Shown piece by piece: positions 12,951-24,723 of a DNA stretch of 64,000 bases. The notes beneath the pieces were generated by a model that made no database searches, was not told the DNA's origin, and saw only the letters and a program-made list of their open reading frames with translations. Made by a program: the position numbers and the translations under genes. The stretch spans positions 6,014,001 through 6,078,000 of the forward strand of contig NC_073406.1 of NCBI RefSeq assembly GCF_028641065.1, in the 5' to 3' direction. Numbering within the stretch: position 1 is the stretch's first letter; every line of letters begins with the position of its first letter. Origin of the DNA: Leucoraja erinacea. Its lineage: Eukaryota.

Positions 12951-13048
12951 GGTAGATAAAAGTGCTGGAGAAACTCAGCGGATGGAGCAGCATCGATGGA
13001 GCGAAGGAAATAGGCAACATTTCGGGCCGAAACCCTTCTTCAGACTGA
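12951..13048 (-). mobile_element. Mini-element with hammerhead core and 14-bp TSD
   Basis: TCATACCCAGTTAA at 12937-12950 and 13049-13062; core at 13016-13043. Confidence 0.82.
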
Positions 13049-13599
13049 TCATACCCAGTTAATCCTCATAACCCTTTTCTTTATATTCTCTCCACTATGT
13101 CTCAATGTGCATTGTCTGCCAAAGCAAACTGCAAGCACACTTCACAACTCAGTACCCACAACCCACCAAAACCAACTATTTGGCCGGGTGCATTTCTATT
13201 GAGTTCTTTGAGCATGTGACAAGCATTGGATTTTCAGAAGGCTTTCAATGAAGTCCTACATAGGAAATTGGTTATCAGTACACTTAGTTGCAATATTGTG
13301 ACAGACCGAATAGAACCAAATGGATCTTTCTCGGTTTGGCATACTGTACAGTACTGCTGGGATTGATACTTATGCTCCAGCTTTTTACAATTTAAATCAA
13401 TGATTTGACTGAGGGAACCAATGTCATCTTTCCTTTGCGCTGATAATACTAAATTATAAAATGTGAGCTGGGAGGAAGATGTAAAGAAGCTTCAATGAAC
13501 TATAGACAAGCCTAGTAAGTTAACAAGAATTTGGCAGATGCAAAATAACGTGCCAGAATGTGAGGTTGTCTCTCGTTTACACTGCCCCTGCCCCATCGC

Positions 13600-15123
13600 C
13601 ACATGAAACCACACTCTGCCTTGCCCTCCTACACTACACCCGTCTTCCCTCCTCTCCAACACAACACCCTCTCCCATACCTCTCGCCCAGCAGAGCTGGT
13701 CCTTACCCTCAACTTCTCCTTCAACTCCTCCCACTTTCTCCAAATCCAAGGAGTAGCTATGGGCACTCGCATGGGCCCCAGCTATGCCTACCTCCTTGTA
13801 CGGTACGTCAAACAATCCCTGTTCCAGGCGTACACTAGCACTATCCCTGAACTCTATCTCCGCTACATTGATGACTGCATGCACCCATGCAGAACTCACT
13901 GACTTCATCAACTTCACAACAAATTTCCATCCTGCACTCAAATTCACTTGGACCATCTCTGACATCTCCCTACCGTTTCTAAATCTCACCGTTTCCATTA
14001 CAGGAAATAGACTATTGACCAACATCTACTACAAACCTACTGACTCCCATAGATATCTTGACTACACTTCTTCCTACCATGCTTCCTGTAAAGACTCTGT
14101 CCCCTACTCCCAATTCTTCCATCAACACTGCATTTGCGCCCAGGATGAGGTGTTCCATACCAGGGCATCGGAGATTACCTCATTCTGTAGGAAACAGGGA
14201 TTCCCTTCTTCCGTTATAGATGAGGCTCTCACTAGGGTCTCCTCGATATCCCACAGTTCCGCTCTTACTCCCTCTCACCACCATTCGTAACAAGGACAGA
14301 GTCCCCCTTGTCTTCACCTTCCACCCCATCAGCCGTGGCGTACAGCATATAACCCCTCCAACATTTTTGCCACCTCCAACGGGATTCCACGACTAGCCAC
14401 ATCTTCCCATCTCCACCCCTTTCTGTTTTCCGGAGAAATCGTTCCCTCTGAAACTACTTGGTCAACTCGTCCCTTCCCACCCAAACCACCTCCTCCCCAG
14501 GTACTCTCCCTTGCAACCGCAGGAGATGCAACACCTGTCCCTTTACCTCCCCCCTTGACTCCATCCAAGGACCCAAACCGTTTCTCCAGCGGAGGCAGAG
14601 GTTCACTTGTACCTCCTCTAAACCTCATCTACTGTATCCGCTCTTCCAAGTCAACTTCACTACATCGGCGAGACCAAGCACAGTCTCGGCGATCGTTTCA
14701 CTGAACACCTCCGCTCAGTCCGTCTTAACCTACCTGATCTCCCGGTGGCTCAGCAATTCAACTCCCCCTCCCATTCCCAATCTGACCTGGTCCTCCCCCA
14801 TTGTCCGAGTGAGGGCCAGCGCAAATTGGAGGAACAGCACCTCGTATTTCGCTTGGGTAGCCTACACCCCAGCAGTATGAACATTGACTTCTCTCTAACT
14901 TCAGATAGCCCTTGCTTTCTCTCTCCATCCCCTACCCAGTTCTCCCACTAGTATTACTGTCCCCGACTACATTCTAGCACTGTCCCACCCCTCCCCCCTC
15001 CCCTGACATCAGTCTGAAGCAAAGATACTGGTCTGAAGAAGGGTCTAGACCAGAAACGTCGCCCATTCCTTCGCCCCATAGATGCTGCCTCACCCGCTGA
15101 GTTTCTCCAGCATTTTGTGTCTG
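13600..15123 (+). mobile_element. Penelope-like retroelement remnant (RT, GIY-YIG endonuclease, terminal repeat with hammerhead core), frameshifted
   Basis: FLQIQGVAMGTRMGPSYA..YLRYIDD (RT); YYKPTDSHRYLDYTS (thumb); CNRRRCNTC; YIGETK..LGDRFTEHLRSV (GIY-YIG); CTGAAGA..GAAACGTC at 15033-15060. Confidence 0.9.
15033..15060 (+). ncRNA. Minimal hammerhead ribozyme core at the Penelope 3' terminal repeat
   Basis: CTGAAGAAGGGTCTAGACCAGAAACGTC, with one mismatch at the base of stem II. Confidence 0.62.
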
Positions 15124-15224
15124 CCCTCTCTCACATTGCAGCAGCCATCTCCTGTACTGCAAATCTCTCGGCTCCCAGAGACTGCAATCCTTTCTAATAT
15201 CCCACCCTAACTCTATTTGCCGCA

Positions 15225-15590
15225 CACTACACCAGGTGCAGCCTCACGCTACTTTCTGCTTTCCCTTCACGCCACTAACTGTCGCCGGCGACGAACCATT
15301 CGCCCCCTTTCTCCGCGCCTCACGACTGTATAAATTTTCCAAGCCCCAGGCACTTTTATTTTAGCTTCCCGACTTTCGACAATAGACGGAATTTGAACAA
15401 TACCACGATTCCAGCCCGCTCTGGCCCCGGCCCCGGTGTCCGGCTTCCAGCACCTTCCACCCCGTGCTGGCCTAACACGGCTGGTGGCGGCCAATCCACA
15501 TCGCTCCCGGAATTGCTTCCGTGCGGCTCCCCCTGCTGGCGGGAGGTCGAGGCGGGACAGCGGCATCCTTCAGCAACTCACGTCCTCACA
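15225..15590 (-). promoter_or_regulatory. NOL9: CpG-rich promoter / probable non-coding first exon of NOL9
   Basis: Locally GC- and CpG-rich non-repeat segment about 3 kb upstream of the NOL9 ATG exon. Paired ETS-like sites (CCGGAA..CTTCCG, ~15507-15521). Minus-strand GTGAGG donor candidates near 15247 and 15323. Confidence 0.55.
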
Positions 15591-16335
15591 TAGAAAATAG
15601 GTGCAGGAGTAGAGGCCATTCGGCCCTTCGAGCCTGCACCGCCATTCAATATGATCATGGCTGATCATCCAACTCAGTATCCTGTACCTGCCTTCTCTCC
15701 ATACCCCCTGATCCCTTTAGCCACAACTAACTAACAGAGCAAACAAAATCATGAGAGACCTCTTCCACCCCTGCAACGGACTGTTCCAGCCGCTACGGTC
15801 AGGCAAACGCCTCCGTTGCCATGCTGTGAGAACGGAGAGGTTGAGAAGGAGTTTCATCCCAGAGGCAATTCGGACTGTAAACGCCTTTCTCACCAAGGAC
15901 TAACTCTACAGAACGTTTTTCCTTCTATTATTTATTATGTAAAATAATATGTGTGTTATGATTGTGTTTAAATTTGTTTGGTATTTGTACCGCGAGCATT
16001 GCCACTTTCATTTCACTGCACATCTCTATGTAGCCACAACTAAACTCCCTCTTACTTATAGCCCTCTGAACTATGGCCTCAACTACCTTCTGTGGCAGAG
16101 AATTCCACAGATTCACCACTCTCTGTGTGAAAAATGTTTTTCTCATCTCGGTCCTAAAAGATTTCCCCCTTTATCCTTAAACTGTGACCCCTTGTTCTGG
16201 ACTTCCCCAACATCGGGAACAATCTTCCTGCATCTAGCCTGTCCAACCCCCTAAGAATTTTGTACGTTTCTATAAGATCCCCCCTCAATCTTCTAAATTC
16301 AAGCGAGTACAAGTCGAGTCTATCCAGTCTATCCA
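15590..16335 (-). mobile_element. CR1/HER1-type LINE 3' end with nested Rex1/Babar fragment
   Basis: LYSLEFRRLRGDLIETYKIL..TRGHSLRIKG. Nested plus-strand RANKIMRDLFHPCNGLFQPLRSGKR..RLRRSFIPEAIR (~15735-16030) flanked by TAGCCACAACTAA. Confidence 0.85.
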
Positions 16336-17114
16336 CACGATTGTTCTATCGAGATACACCATGCATCTTCTTAGAGCGAGATTCAAGAGAGTTTATTGTT
16401 ATGTGTCCCTGATAGGACAATGAAATTCTTGCTTTGCTTCAGCACAACAGAACATAGTAGGCATGACTACAGACATAACCAAGTTGCAAAGAAAGGTTCT
16501 GTGCGTCCTCAAAGTCAGGCAACTAAAACTCCTGTGGCCCAGCGCCTGATTATTCCGAAATCCTGATGTTCGGCTCCTTCTGGGTCACAGCCTGAGCTGG
16601 GCTCCAGAATATGCCGGGGTCAGAAACATGTAGGCCTATGGTTGGAACCAGGGTCTTGGCTTCTTATTTAATTCCCACTGCCTTTAAATTCACCAAGGTC
16701 ACTGGAAACCGTATTATTCAAGCCAAATGTGTAGGAAGGGGGTGCAGTTGCTGGTTTAACCAAAGACAGACACAAAATGCTGGAGTAACTCAGCGGGTCA
16801 GGCAGCATCTCTGGGGAAAAGGAATCCGTGATGTTTTGGGTTGAGACCCTTCTTCACACTGAGAGTCATGGGAGAGGGAAACTAGCCACAACCTTGAAAA
16901 CATCCTGGTCCTCAACCCAGTGGGAAACAACTGATCCTTTTGGGCGATATTAATACCTGCATACATTCCCTACTACTTCCTTGCTCTCTGGCAACTCGAA
17001 TGAGGTCTGCCTCTGGACCCCATCAGACAATAGTTGTATGTCCTCATGATAATACTCCTAGTCTGATTGAAGGACAAGATTGTCTGCATTACCTGTGCCA
17101 TGACTGGTGCCAAT

Positions 17115-17680
17115 TGTAGATCAGTCACTATATTCCTAATCCATGTCAGGTATTCGTACAGACTATTCCTGGAGTTTGTTATCTGGAGCATGCGCGCCAT
17201 CTGGAGGCAGTTCAGACAGGGAGTGGACAAGAGGAATGTGGAGGCTTTCTGAATAGTCTGTTGCCTCGTGGTTATTAAAACATAATGAAGTTAAACTACT
17301 TGTCGTTATTCACACAATTTCAGACGTGGTGTCAGAAGTGGGAAACGGACCCACATCTTTTGTATAAACTTTGCTATAATCAAATGTATGTATATCTGCT
17401 TTTGTTTCATGGGGCATGAACTAAAGAAAGAGGATGTAGATCAGGCACAATATTCCTAATCCATGTTGGGTATTCGTACAGACTGTTCCTGGAGATTGGT
17501 ATCTAACGCATGCGTTCCATCCAGGGACAGTTCAGACAGGGAGAGGACAAGAGAAAAGTGAGGGCTTTGTCAATAATCTGTGCCTCGAGGTTATTAAAAC
17601 TTATAATGAAGTTGGATTGGATTGGTTTGGATTCAATTTTAAGTTAAGTTAAATTACTTGTTGTTATTCACACAATTTCA
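17115..17680. repeat. Diverged direct duplication of about 210 bp, offset 320 bp
   Basis: tgtagatcag..tattcctaatccatg..gtattcgtacagact..cagttcagacagggag..ttattcacacaatttca occurs from 17115 and again from 17435. Confidence 0.85.
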
Positions 17681-18403
17681 TACACCAACCACTGCTGGAC
17701 TGATCCGCTCTATTATCTTCATCAATCTGGTGCCAAAATAACAGCATTGTTACTCGAGGATTGATGTCAACGTTCTCAATGACCATGCACACCAATATAA
17801 ATTAATGTACTTAAATTAAAGTGAATGAATTAATATTGCTCTTTAACTAGGCTTCAGAACACTGTTTTTAGAAGGGTCCCGATCCAAAATGTCACCTATC
17901 CATCTTCTCCAGGGTTGCTGACTGACCTGCAGAGTTACTCCAGCACTTTGTGCCTTTTTTTAAAATCGTATTTCTTTTGTCCATTTACGGTTTTCTAATC
18001 AACGTTTGCCTTTTTTGGCTGAATTTGGTTTTTAGCAGTGGCCGCTTTTAAAAGTCGATAGAATCCGAACAGTACAAATAATAAGTTTCTTTGTGAGGCC
18101 TCCCCACCCAACAATGGGGGTTGGAGTGCACCTGAGTTTAATGTTCTTTCTCCTGCTGCCTGTTACTCAATACAAATTCTCTCCATAGGCATATAGCATT
18201 GATATCCTCCAAATGTGGAGATGTGTGGATATTTTGTCATTATTTTTGTATGTCTTCTGATTTCCCTCAGAAGGATAAAAGGTTAGTTAAACTGTTATCT
18301 AATCTATATCTATAAAGAAACAGATTTGTTCATCTGTGAAATAAATAGTAACTGTAAACCAGCACTAATTGAAAAAGTATTAAAAAGGGTATCCCTATTT
18401 CAC

Positions 18404-18677
18404 ATGGTTAAGCTTTCATCCTGTTTTTCTCCCCATTCTCTCCCTTTCTTTTTGTTTTACATGTATTTTATCCTTATGTCTTTCCTTCTCCGTTGCAAAG
18501 GAGATTCTCCGTGTTCTTCTCGTTTGCTTTGTCGGCTTAACAAAAGTGACCAAACAGATGATCAAAAGAATGCTAAAACCTTAAGTGACCAGTTTCCACA
18601 GTTCACAAATTCACTCAAAGGAACTTCTGAAATCATGGACCCTAGTCATCGAGTCTTGGGAAGAGAAGGGGAGACAG
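18404..18677 (+). CDS. ZPBP-family membrane protein, exon 1 (signal peptide plus spacer)
   Basis: MVKLSSCFSPHSLPFFLFYMYFILMSFLLRCKG hydrophobic leader; strong donor acag|gtaaga; phase 1 matches the next exon. The start could instead be a downstream Met. Confidence 0.65.
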
Positions 18678-19247
18678 GTAAGACACATCCCTTTGGCTGG
18701 TTAAAAATTCTTAAAACCCAACTTTAAATTCAAAGGCAATGCTCCTAGCCATTCCACAAATAATAGATTAAAGCTAAGTCTTTTATCAAAAACAAACATT
18801 TCCCACTTAACTAAGTGAGGTAGCTGGACATGTTTCTGCCCCCTTCCACCCTCAATGACCACTGTCCTTCACAACAATTGTTTTGAGAAAATCCTTCAAA
18901 TTCCTGTGCATTAGCTTGTCTCTAACAAAAATAAAATCTGGGGAAAAGGCTCTGGTAATTTGTGGATGGTCATTTTAAAACATTTGAGCCTAGTGTACCT
19001 TTAGCAGCCGAAAAACGTAATTGGTTACAAGATACCCCGTAGGCTGGTCCCAGAAGCTCAGGCCTCGAATGGTCGCTGTTGCTCAGGGTTAATAATGTCT
19101 GGGACTTGGTATGACATTCCATGGATGCTCTTGGAGGCACAGATGATCGAAAGATTCCGGATGCATTATTCAGGGAAATGTAGGACAATCCTTTTCAGAG
19201 TTCTGACCATTATTTCTCCCTCACCAATGTAACCAGAACAGGCTAAA

Positions 19248-19585
19248 TAGAAACATAGAAACATAGAAAATAGGTGCAGGAGGAGGTCATTCGGCCCTTC
19301 GAGCCTGCACCGCCATTCGATATGATCATGGCTGATCATCCAACTCAGTATCCCATCCCTGCCTTCTCTCCATACCCCCTGATCCCTTTAGCCACAAGGG
19401 CCACATCTAACTCCCTCTTAAATATAGCCAATGAACTGGCCTCAACTACCTTCAGTGGCAGAGAATTCCACAGATTCACCACTCTCTGTGTAAAAAATGA
19501 TTTTCTCATCTCGGTCCTAAAAGACTTCCCTCTTATCCTTAAAGTTGTGACACCTAGTTCTGGACTTCCCCAACATCGGGAATGT
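19248..19585 (-). mobile_element. CR1/HER1-type LINE 3' end
   Basis: (ATAGAAAC)n tail followed by the same 3' sequence as the copies at 15590 and 59068. Confidence 0.85.
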
Positions 19586-19877
19586 CTTTAGCACAACGGT
19601 TTGTGGGACCTTGCTGTGAAACTATGATTAAATTTCAAAATAACTTAATTGAACGCCAAGTGTTTTGAAATCCCCTGAGACCAGGAAGGGTGATTTGTTT
19701 TTCTTCAAATTTCCCTTCCAAAACATTCTCTGAAACATGGCAGCCTGGACACTACATTGACATGTGCATAGGGAGTTCCACCTTAATTAGCCTTCAAGAA
19801 AGCGTGGCATTACAAAATTGTGGATGTTATTGAAATTTATTGCAGTAAACATGCTGGTGTGTCATCTTGCCTTTCAG

Positions 19878-20009
19878 TTGAAGTTTTCATTCCTTTGAAA
19901 GGCTCTCCCGTTGCTATTTATTGTCTGACCCCAGAACTGAGTCGGAAAACCATCAGCAATCCTATGACCCACTGGTGGAGAGAGGGGAAGTCCCAGGCAC
20001 ATGTCATAG
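19878..20009 (+). CDS. ZPBP-family protein exon 2 (Ig-like domain, first half)
   Basis: tttcag|VEVFIPLKGSPVAIYCLTPELSRKTISNPMTHWWREGKSQAHVI|gtatgt; resembles the ZPBP 'VYV..SP.L.C....L....I.DP...W' pattern. Confidence 0.85.
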
Positions 20010-21225
20010 GTATGTTGGACAAAATTAGCTTGTTGGTTTCTACAGACTTTCATAAGTTTCTGCAGAATTAATTGACATCACACCCTCAGTAAAAGAAAAA
20101 GCAAATATATAATGGAGTGATAAATTATGGGAGTGTGTGAGCAAACAAAAATAATAGTAAGAATATCCTATTTGCCTCCCCAATACTCCTCATCCTGGGA
20201 AAAAGATGTCTCTTTTTTTAAAATACAATTTTGTTTGAATAGTACAAATGTTGAATCCTGATCATTAGGTTACTTTTTAGTGATGAAGGCTGGTGCCTCA
20301 ATTCTCTAACCAAGCATTAAGTTCCAACATGTCAGTATTCTATGGGTGCAAACAATTTCCCTCAACTCTTCTCTAATGCTTCAACCAATTAACTTAAATC
20401 TATGTCTCCTAATTCCTAGGAGCTTGAGCCCACAACGTCCTTGTCAAATATTATTCCAAGATAAACTAATCTTAAAACTCTCACAAAGTGCTGGAGTAAT
20501 TGAGTGGGTCAAGCAGCATCTCTGGAAGACATGGATAGTCGACATTTTGGGTAAGACCCTGCACATGATCCATATCCCTTCATTTCCATGTGCCGACTTG
20601 AAACCTCTTAAACACCATGGCAGAATTTCACTGCTTTCATATTTTGCCTTTCTGACAATAACGCCAAATATTTTGTTTGACATTTGCTTTCTTAATGCAC
20701 CTGAGATCCTTTATACTTATTAGCATTCCATTTACAATTTTCGCTCACCATTTTTGTCCTTCACAAATACATTTCTTGCAATAAGTTCCATTTGATAATC
20801 CAGATCTAGCCAGAAAATTGGGAAGATTATGACAAAACATATTTAACCTTCGAAGCAAACCGTGTTTCTCTTCTCACAGGCGTGGGCTGAGTTGCTGAGT
20901 ATTTCCAGCATTTTCTGTTTTTATTTTTTAATTTTAGCATCCGCAGGTTTCTTTGATCTTCACTGACTTTCAAGCAGCTGTTTCACTCCACGTTTGTTAA
21001 ACCGTACCTTAGAAGGGCAAAAAATGTTTACTCTTGAAACAAGATAAATCGTTGCTATAAATCTGTATCATAAGCAAAGGATTATTTTTGAATAGCAGGG
21101 CGATGGGACCAACTGGTTATTTCTTCTAGAGGACTGGCATAAGAATATTAGATCAGACAGCCTTCTACTGTTCAGTAGAATTCATTGCTTCTCTATGATG
21201 ACCCCTGCATCAACCTGTCTAGCAG

Positions 21226-21375
21226 GAGAGGGCGATCAGTACAGAGTACGGCTCGATGGGAGTCTGATGTTGCTAAACTGGGAAACTTCGCAGGCCACTG
21301 GTTTCTATTATTGCACCATGAAACACATCAGAGGCCAGAAAGAATACAGCCTCACACTCCAGTTTTGTTTAGTAG
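21226..21375 (+). CDS. ZPBP-family protein exon 3 (Ig-like domain, second half)
   Basis: GEGDQYRVRLDGSLMLLNWETSQATGFYYCTMKHIRGQKEYSLTLQFCLV|gtgagt; Ig GxYxC motif. Confidence 0.87.
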
Positions 21376-21590
21376 GTGAGTGACTCACCCCCCCCCCCTC
21401 GCCCCTCCTCCCCACCGCTCCTCTCCCCTCCCCTGGCCTCTCTCCCATCCCCTCTCTAGATAGTACATTTTTCTTTATACGTTGATTTCATTCAAACTTA
21501 TTGCAATCTGCCAGTGTTCAGCTTGTTGTTTTACGATAGAATCTTAATCCAGACAATGTTTAATATAAAATGTGTTTTCTCCTTCTCCAG

Positions 21591-21809
21591 CCTACCACAT
21601 ACCATTTCGAAGTCTCCAAGTTAATGTGCAGTTAAAAACCACAACTTGTGAAAAGCATTTTGTGGAGAATTCTGTCAAATTTCTGGAATCAGTGTTGAGC
21701 TCTATGTGTCGGCAGCTTTCCTGTGTGATAACAAGCACGACCTTTAATTGCACACAATGGGGAACATTGGCAGGCACAGTGGAACATCACATTCAGCTCA
21801 AAATCCCAG
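21591..21809 (+). CDS. ZPBP-family protein exon 4 (Sp38 domain)
   Basis: ctccag|AYHIPFRSLQVNVQLKTTTCEKHFVENSVKFLESVLSSMCRQLSCVITSTTFNC...|gtatgt; parallels ZPBP 'AYREP...RF....C...L..L...LSC......C'. Confidence 0.87.
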
Positions 21810-21989
21810 GTATGTGGACAGACTTAAAGATTGCTGCATTGCACGCCAAACAAGGCTAGCACAGTAATTCCAATGGATAAATATGTCAGTTGATGGGGAA
21901 TTGGTCTTCATGGCTCTGAATCTCTCAGCGCAGGCTTGTTTCAAGTTTATTTCCTTCCCACACAAAACTTATTTTCTTTTCCTATGCAG

Positions 21990-22066
21990 TGCAGTCACAA
22001 GGTGAAGATATAATTATGCCTTGCAAAACTGGCCAAGAGTGCCACAATGAAGAGACTTTAAGGAAG
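21990..22066 (+). CDS. ZPBP-family protein exon 5 (77 nt)
   Basis: atgcag|VQSQGEDIIMPCKTGQECHNEETLRK|gtaagg; two-cysteine mini exon, phase 1 to 0. Confidence 0.8.
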
Positions 22067-23794
22067 GTAAGGATCGTGTGGGGAATGGATTAATTCCATC
22101 ACCAAACAATACTTACAATCCATTTAATGCATTTTGTGCAAAACCGGGAGTGTTTGATGAGCTAATGAAAAGTGCTGTTTACTCTGTACTTAACTGTTGA
22201 TGTACCTGAATTTGGCATTGTACTGTGAAAGGAGATTTATGCTGTACTTGACTCATGTATACTTGGTCAGTTAGGGTTTGATTGGGCAGTATTGCTGGGC
22301 GATTGCTCTGCTTCTTACTAATCCTATGCTGTCCTAATAGATTGGGGAAACAAGTGTGAGCATGTTATTCCTTCCAATCTGTTGCAAGGATGGTTTACAA
22401 AGCGAATGAGCCTCAAGTAGATTAGTGGAACCCACAAATGTGCAAGATGTATGTCAACCCTCGCTGAATGGCCTGGTCCACTGGTGAGATCTACCCTTAG
22501 CTCATCAATTGTGAATGCTAACCCAGCTGTTCAATTGTAGCAGGAAGGTACTTTCAGGAAGGTGTTATGGACCAGAGTTATTTAAATAATGCAATTGTGC
22601 ATTCTTCTTGCTGTGTCTCTGTAGTTGAGTGCTACTTGGTTTCAGATAACAACATCAAGCCATCATAGTTGGAAATCGTGAGCCCAGTGCATATCTCAGT
22701 AGTTGGGATAGATCTCTGCTACATGTTCAGAGCTAAAAGTAATATGAATCCAGCCTCATGTGTTTAATTGTAATCCAGTTAGTCATGGTGCTGGGATTTA
22801 CCATTCTTAAAACATGCTTAGAAACAACTAGTTAATTAATTTCTGTGTGGAATTTTGGTGATAAAGGAATCATACGGAACATGACATGAATTTGCTAAAT
22901 AACATGGTTTGTATGGATTGTTTGGGGAAGACAGATTACCTCTCCTATCAACTGGTGATTAATTATTGGCATTTCCCACAACTTATCAAAACATAATGCT
23001 CAGGAATGCATGATACTTTGTACTTGTTGACTACAACGTTCGTGTGCCTATCTCAGTGCAGTTAAGACAGATGGTTGTGGGGCTTGCAACAATATAAGAT
23101 CAGAGCTTAGTACTGGAGCAATCAGCTATTTAGCCTTCCAGAGAAGCACCTCTAGTATTGGCATCCAGCAAATTGGGAGCTCAGCAACCAGTATTGGGAA
23201 TAACTGCCAGCATGGCTTCTGAAGAATTGGCCCAACCTGGTGAGAAATTGAAAGGGCTGCAGCCAAAGTGGCAATTATAGGAAAATGAACAAGCGGTATG
23301 CTTTAATTAAAGTGTACAATAAGGCACCTGGAACAATAAATGGGTATGAAATACATATGCATGAAATTTGGATTTTGAGCAACAGTGGGCAGGATAGAGG
23401 TGAGCAAGAAGTCTGAATTGTGTATTAGACTGTTATATTATGGATGTTAAAAATGTTACAGAACATAGAATAGTACAGCATCAGAACAGGCCCTTCAGCC
23501 CACAATGACTGCCGAACATGATGCCAAGACCAAATCTTCTCCATATCCCTCCATTCCTTGCACATCCATATGCCTAGCCAAAAGAATCTTAAGTGCCACC
23601 ATCATATCCGCCTCAACCCCCTCCCACAGCAACACGTTCCAGGCACCCACCTCCTCCATGCACATCTCCTCTAAATTGTGCCCTCTCACCATCTTACATA
23701 TATATGTTTATTATAAATCATAAATTATAAATCAGGGAATCGCACCTGTCAAATCTGAGCAGGGTAACTGATATACTATCTGCTTCCTTTGCAG

Positions 23795-23969
23795 GCCTTC
23801 CAGAAAATACATACATTTTTAACCCAGTCTAAGTTTGTCCTGGACACCTCTAACGATGTGCCTCCTCTCTACTATGTGGAGGGATCTTTTAAGGCAATGA
23901 AGGTGGATCACTGCCTAGCAGGGATGGGGAAGTTACTTGGGAGGAATAGACCCTGCGTGGATTGCTGTG
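23795..23969 (+). CDS. ZPBP-family protein exon 6
   Basis: ttgcag|AFQKIHTFLTQSKFVLDTSNDVPPLYYVEGSFKAMKVDHCLAGMGKLLGRNRPCVDCC|gtaaac; parallels ZPBP 'A..RI..FF..Q....LP...FV..SL....D.C.PG.G......C..CCV'. Confidence 0.9.
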
Positions 23970-24067
23970 GTAAACATTTTACTTTATTCAAATATGGTCA
24001 TGCAAAACAGTCACCACTTCTGATGAGGGAATCAAGAATACAGGGACATAATCTTATATTTAGAGTT

Positions 24068-24291
24068 TAAGAGGGAACTGCAGATGCTGGAGAATCGAAG
24101 GTTACACAAAAAAGCTGGAGAAACTCAGCGGGTGCTGCAGCATCTATGGAGCGAAGGAAATAGGCGACGTTTCGGGCCGAAACCCGACAGGGTTTCGGCC
24201 CGAAACGTTGCCTATTTCCAACGTTGCCTATTTCCTTCGCTCCATAGATGCTGCTGCACCCGCTGAGTTTCTCCAGCTTTTTTGTGTAACC
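24068..24291. mobile_element. Inverted (hairpin) double mini-element with 17-bp TSD
   Basis: Near-perfect inverted arms; ATCTTATATTTAGAGTT at 24051-24067 and 24292-24308. Confidence 0.85.
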
Positions 24292-24587
24292 ATCTTATAT
24301 TTAGAGTTGGGTTATTCAAAAAAATAGAAATATCTCCCCTCAAATTCCCGTAGGTAATGGATATTTTGTATTTATGGGATCTGGGCATTCTGGTAAGGCC
24401 AGCACTTCTTGCCCAGTCCCAAATACCCATGAGGATCCACCTCTTGAATTGCTATAGTCCTTCTGTTGAAGATACTCCTACAGTTCTGTTAAGCAGATAG
24501 ATGCAGGATTAAAACCCAGCCACAATGAAGTACCGTGCTTCCAAGGTCGAATAATGCATGCCTTGTTGGGGATCCAATAGGTGCTGA

Positions 24588-24723
24588 AGATAGACACAAA
24601 ATGCTGGAGTAACTCAGCATTGTCAATCCTTCTCTCCAGAGATGCTGCCTGTCTGGCTGAGTGACTCCAGCATTTTGTGGCTATCGTTGGTATAAACCAG
24701 CATCTGCGGTTCCTTCATACACC
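24588..24723. mobile_element. Inverted mini-element with 11-bp TSD
   Basis: ATAGGTGCTGA at 24577-24587 and 24724-24734. Confidence 0.75.

Noticed and set aside
13492-14628. Long minus-strand ORFs (177 and 99 aa) upstream of NOL9
   Set aside because: Antisense shadows of the Penelope RT coding sequence.
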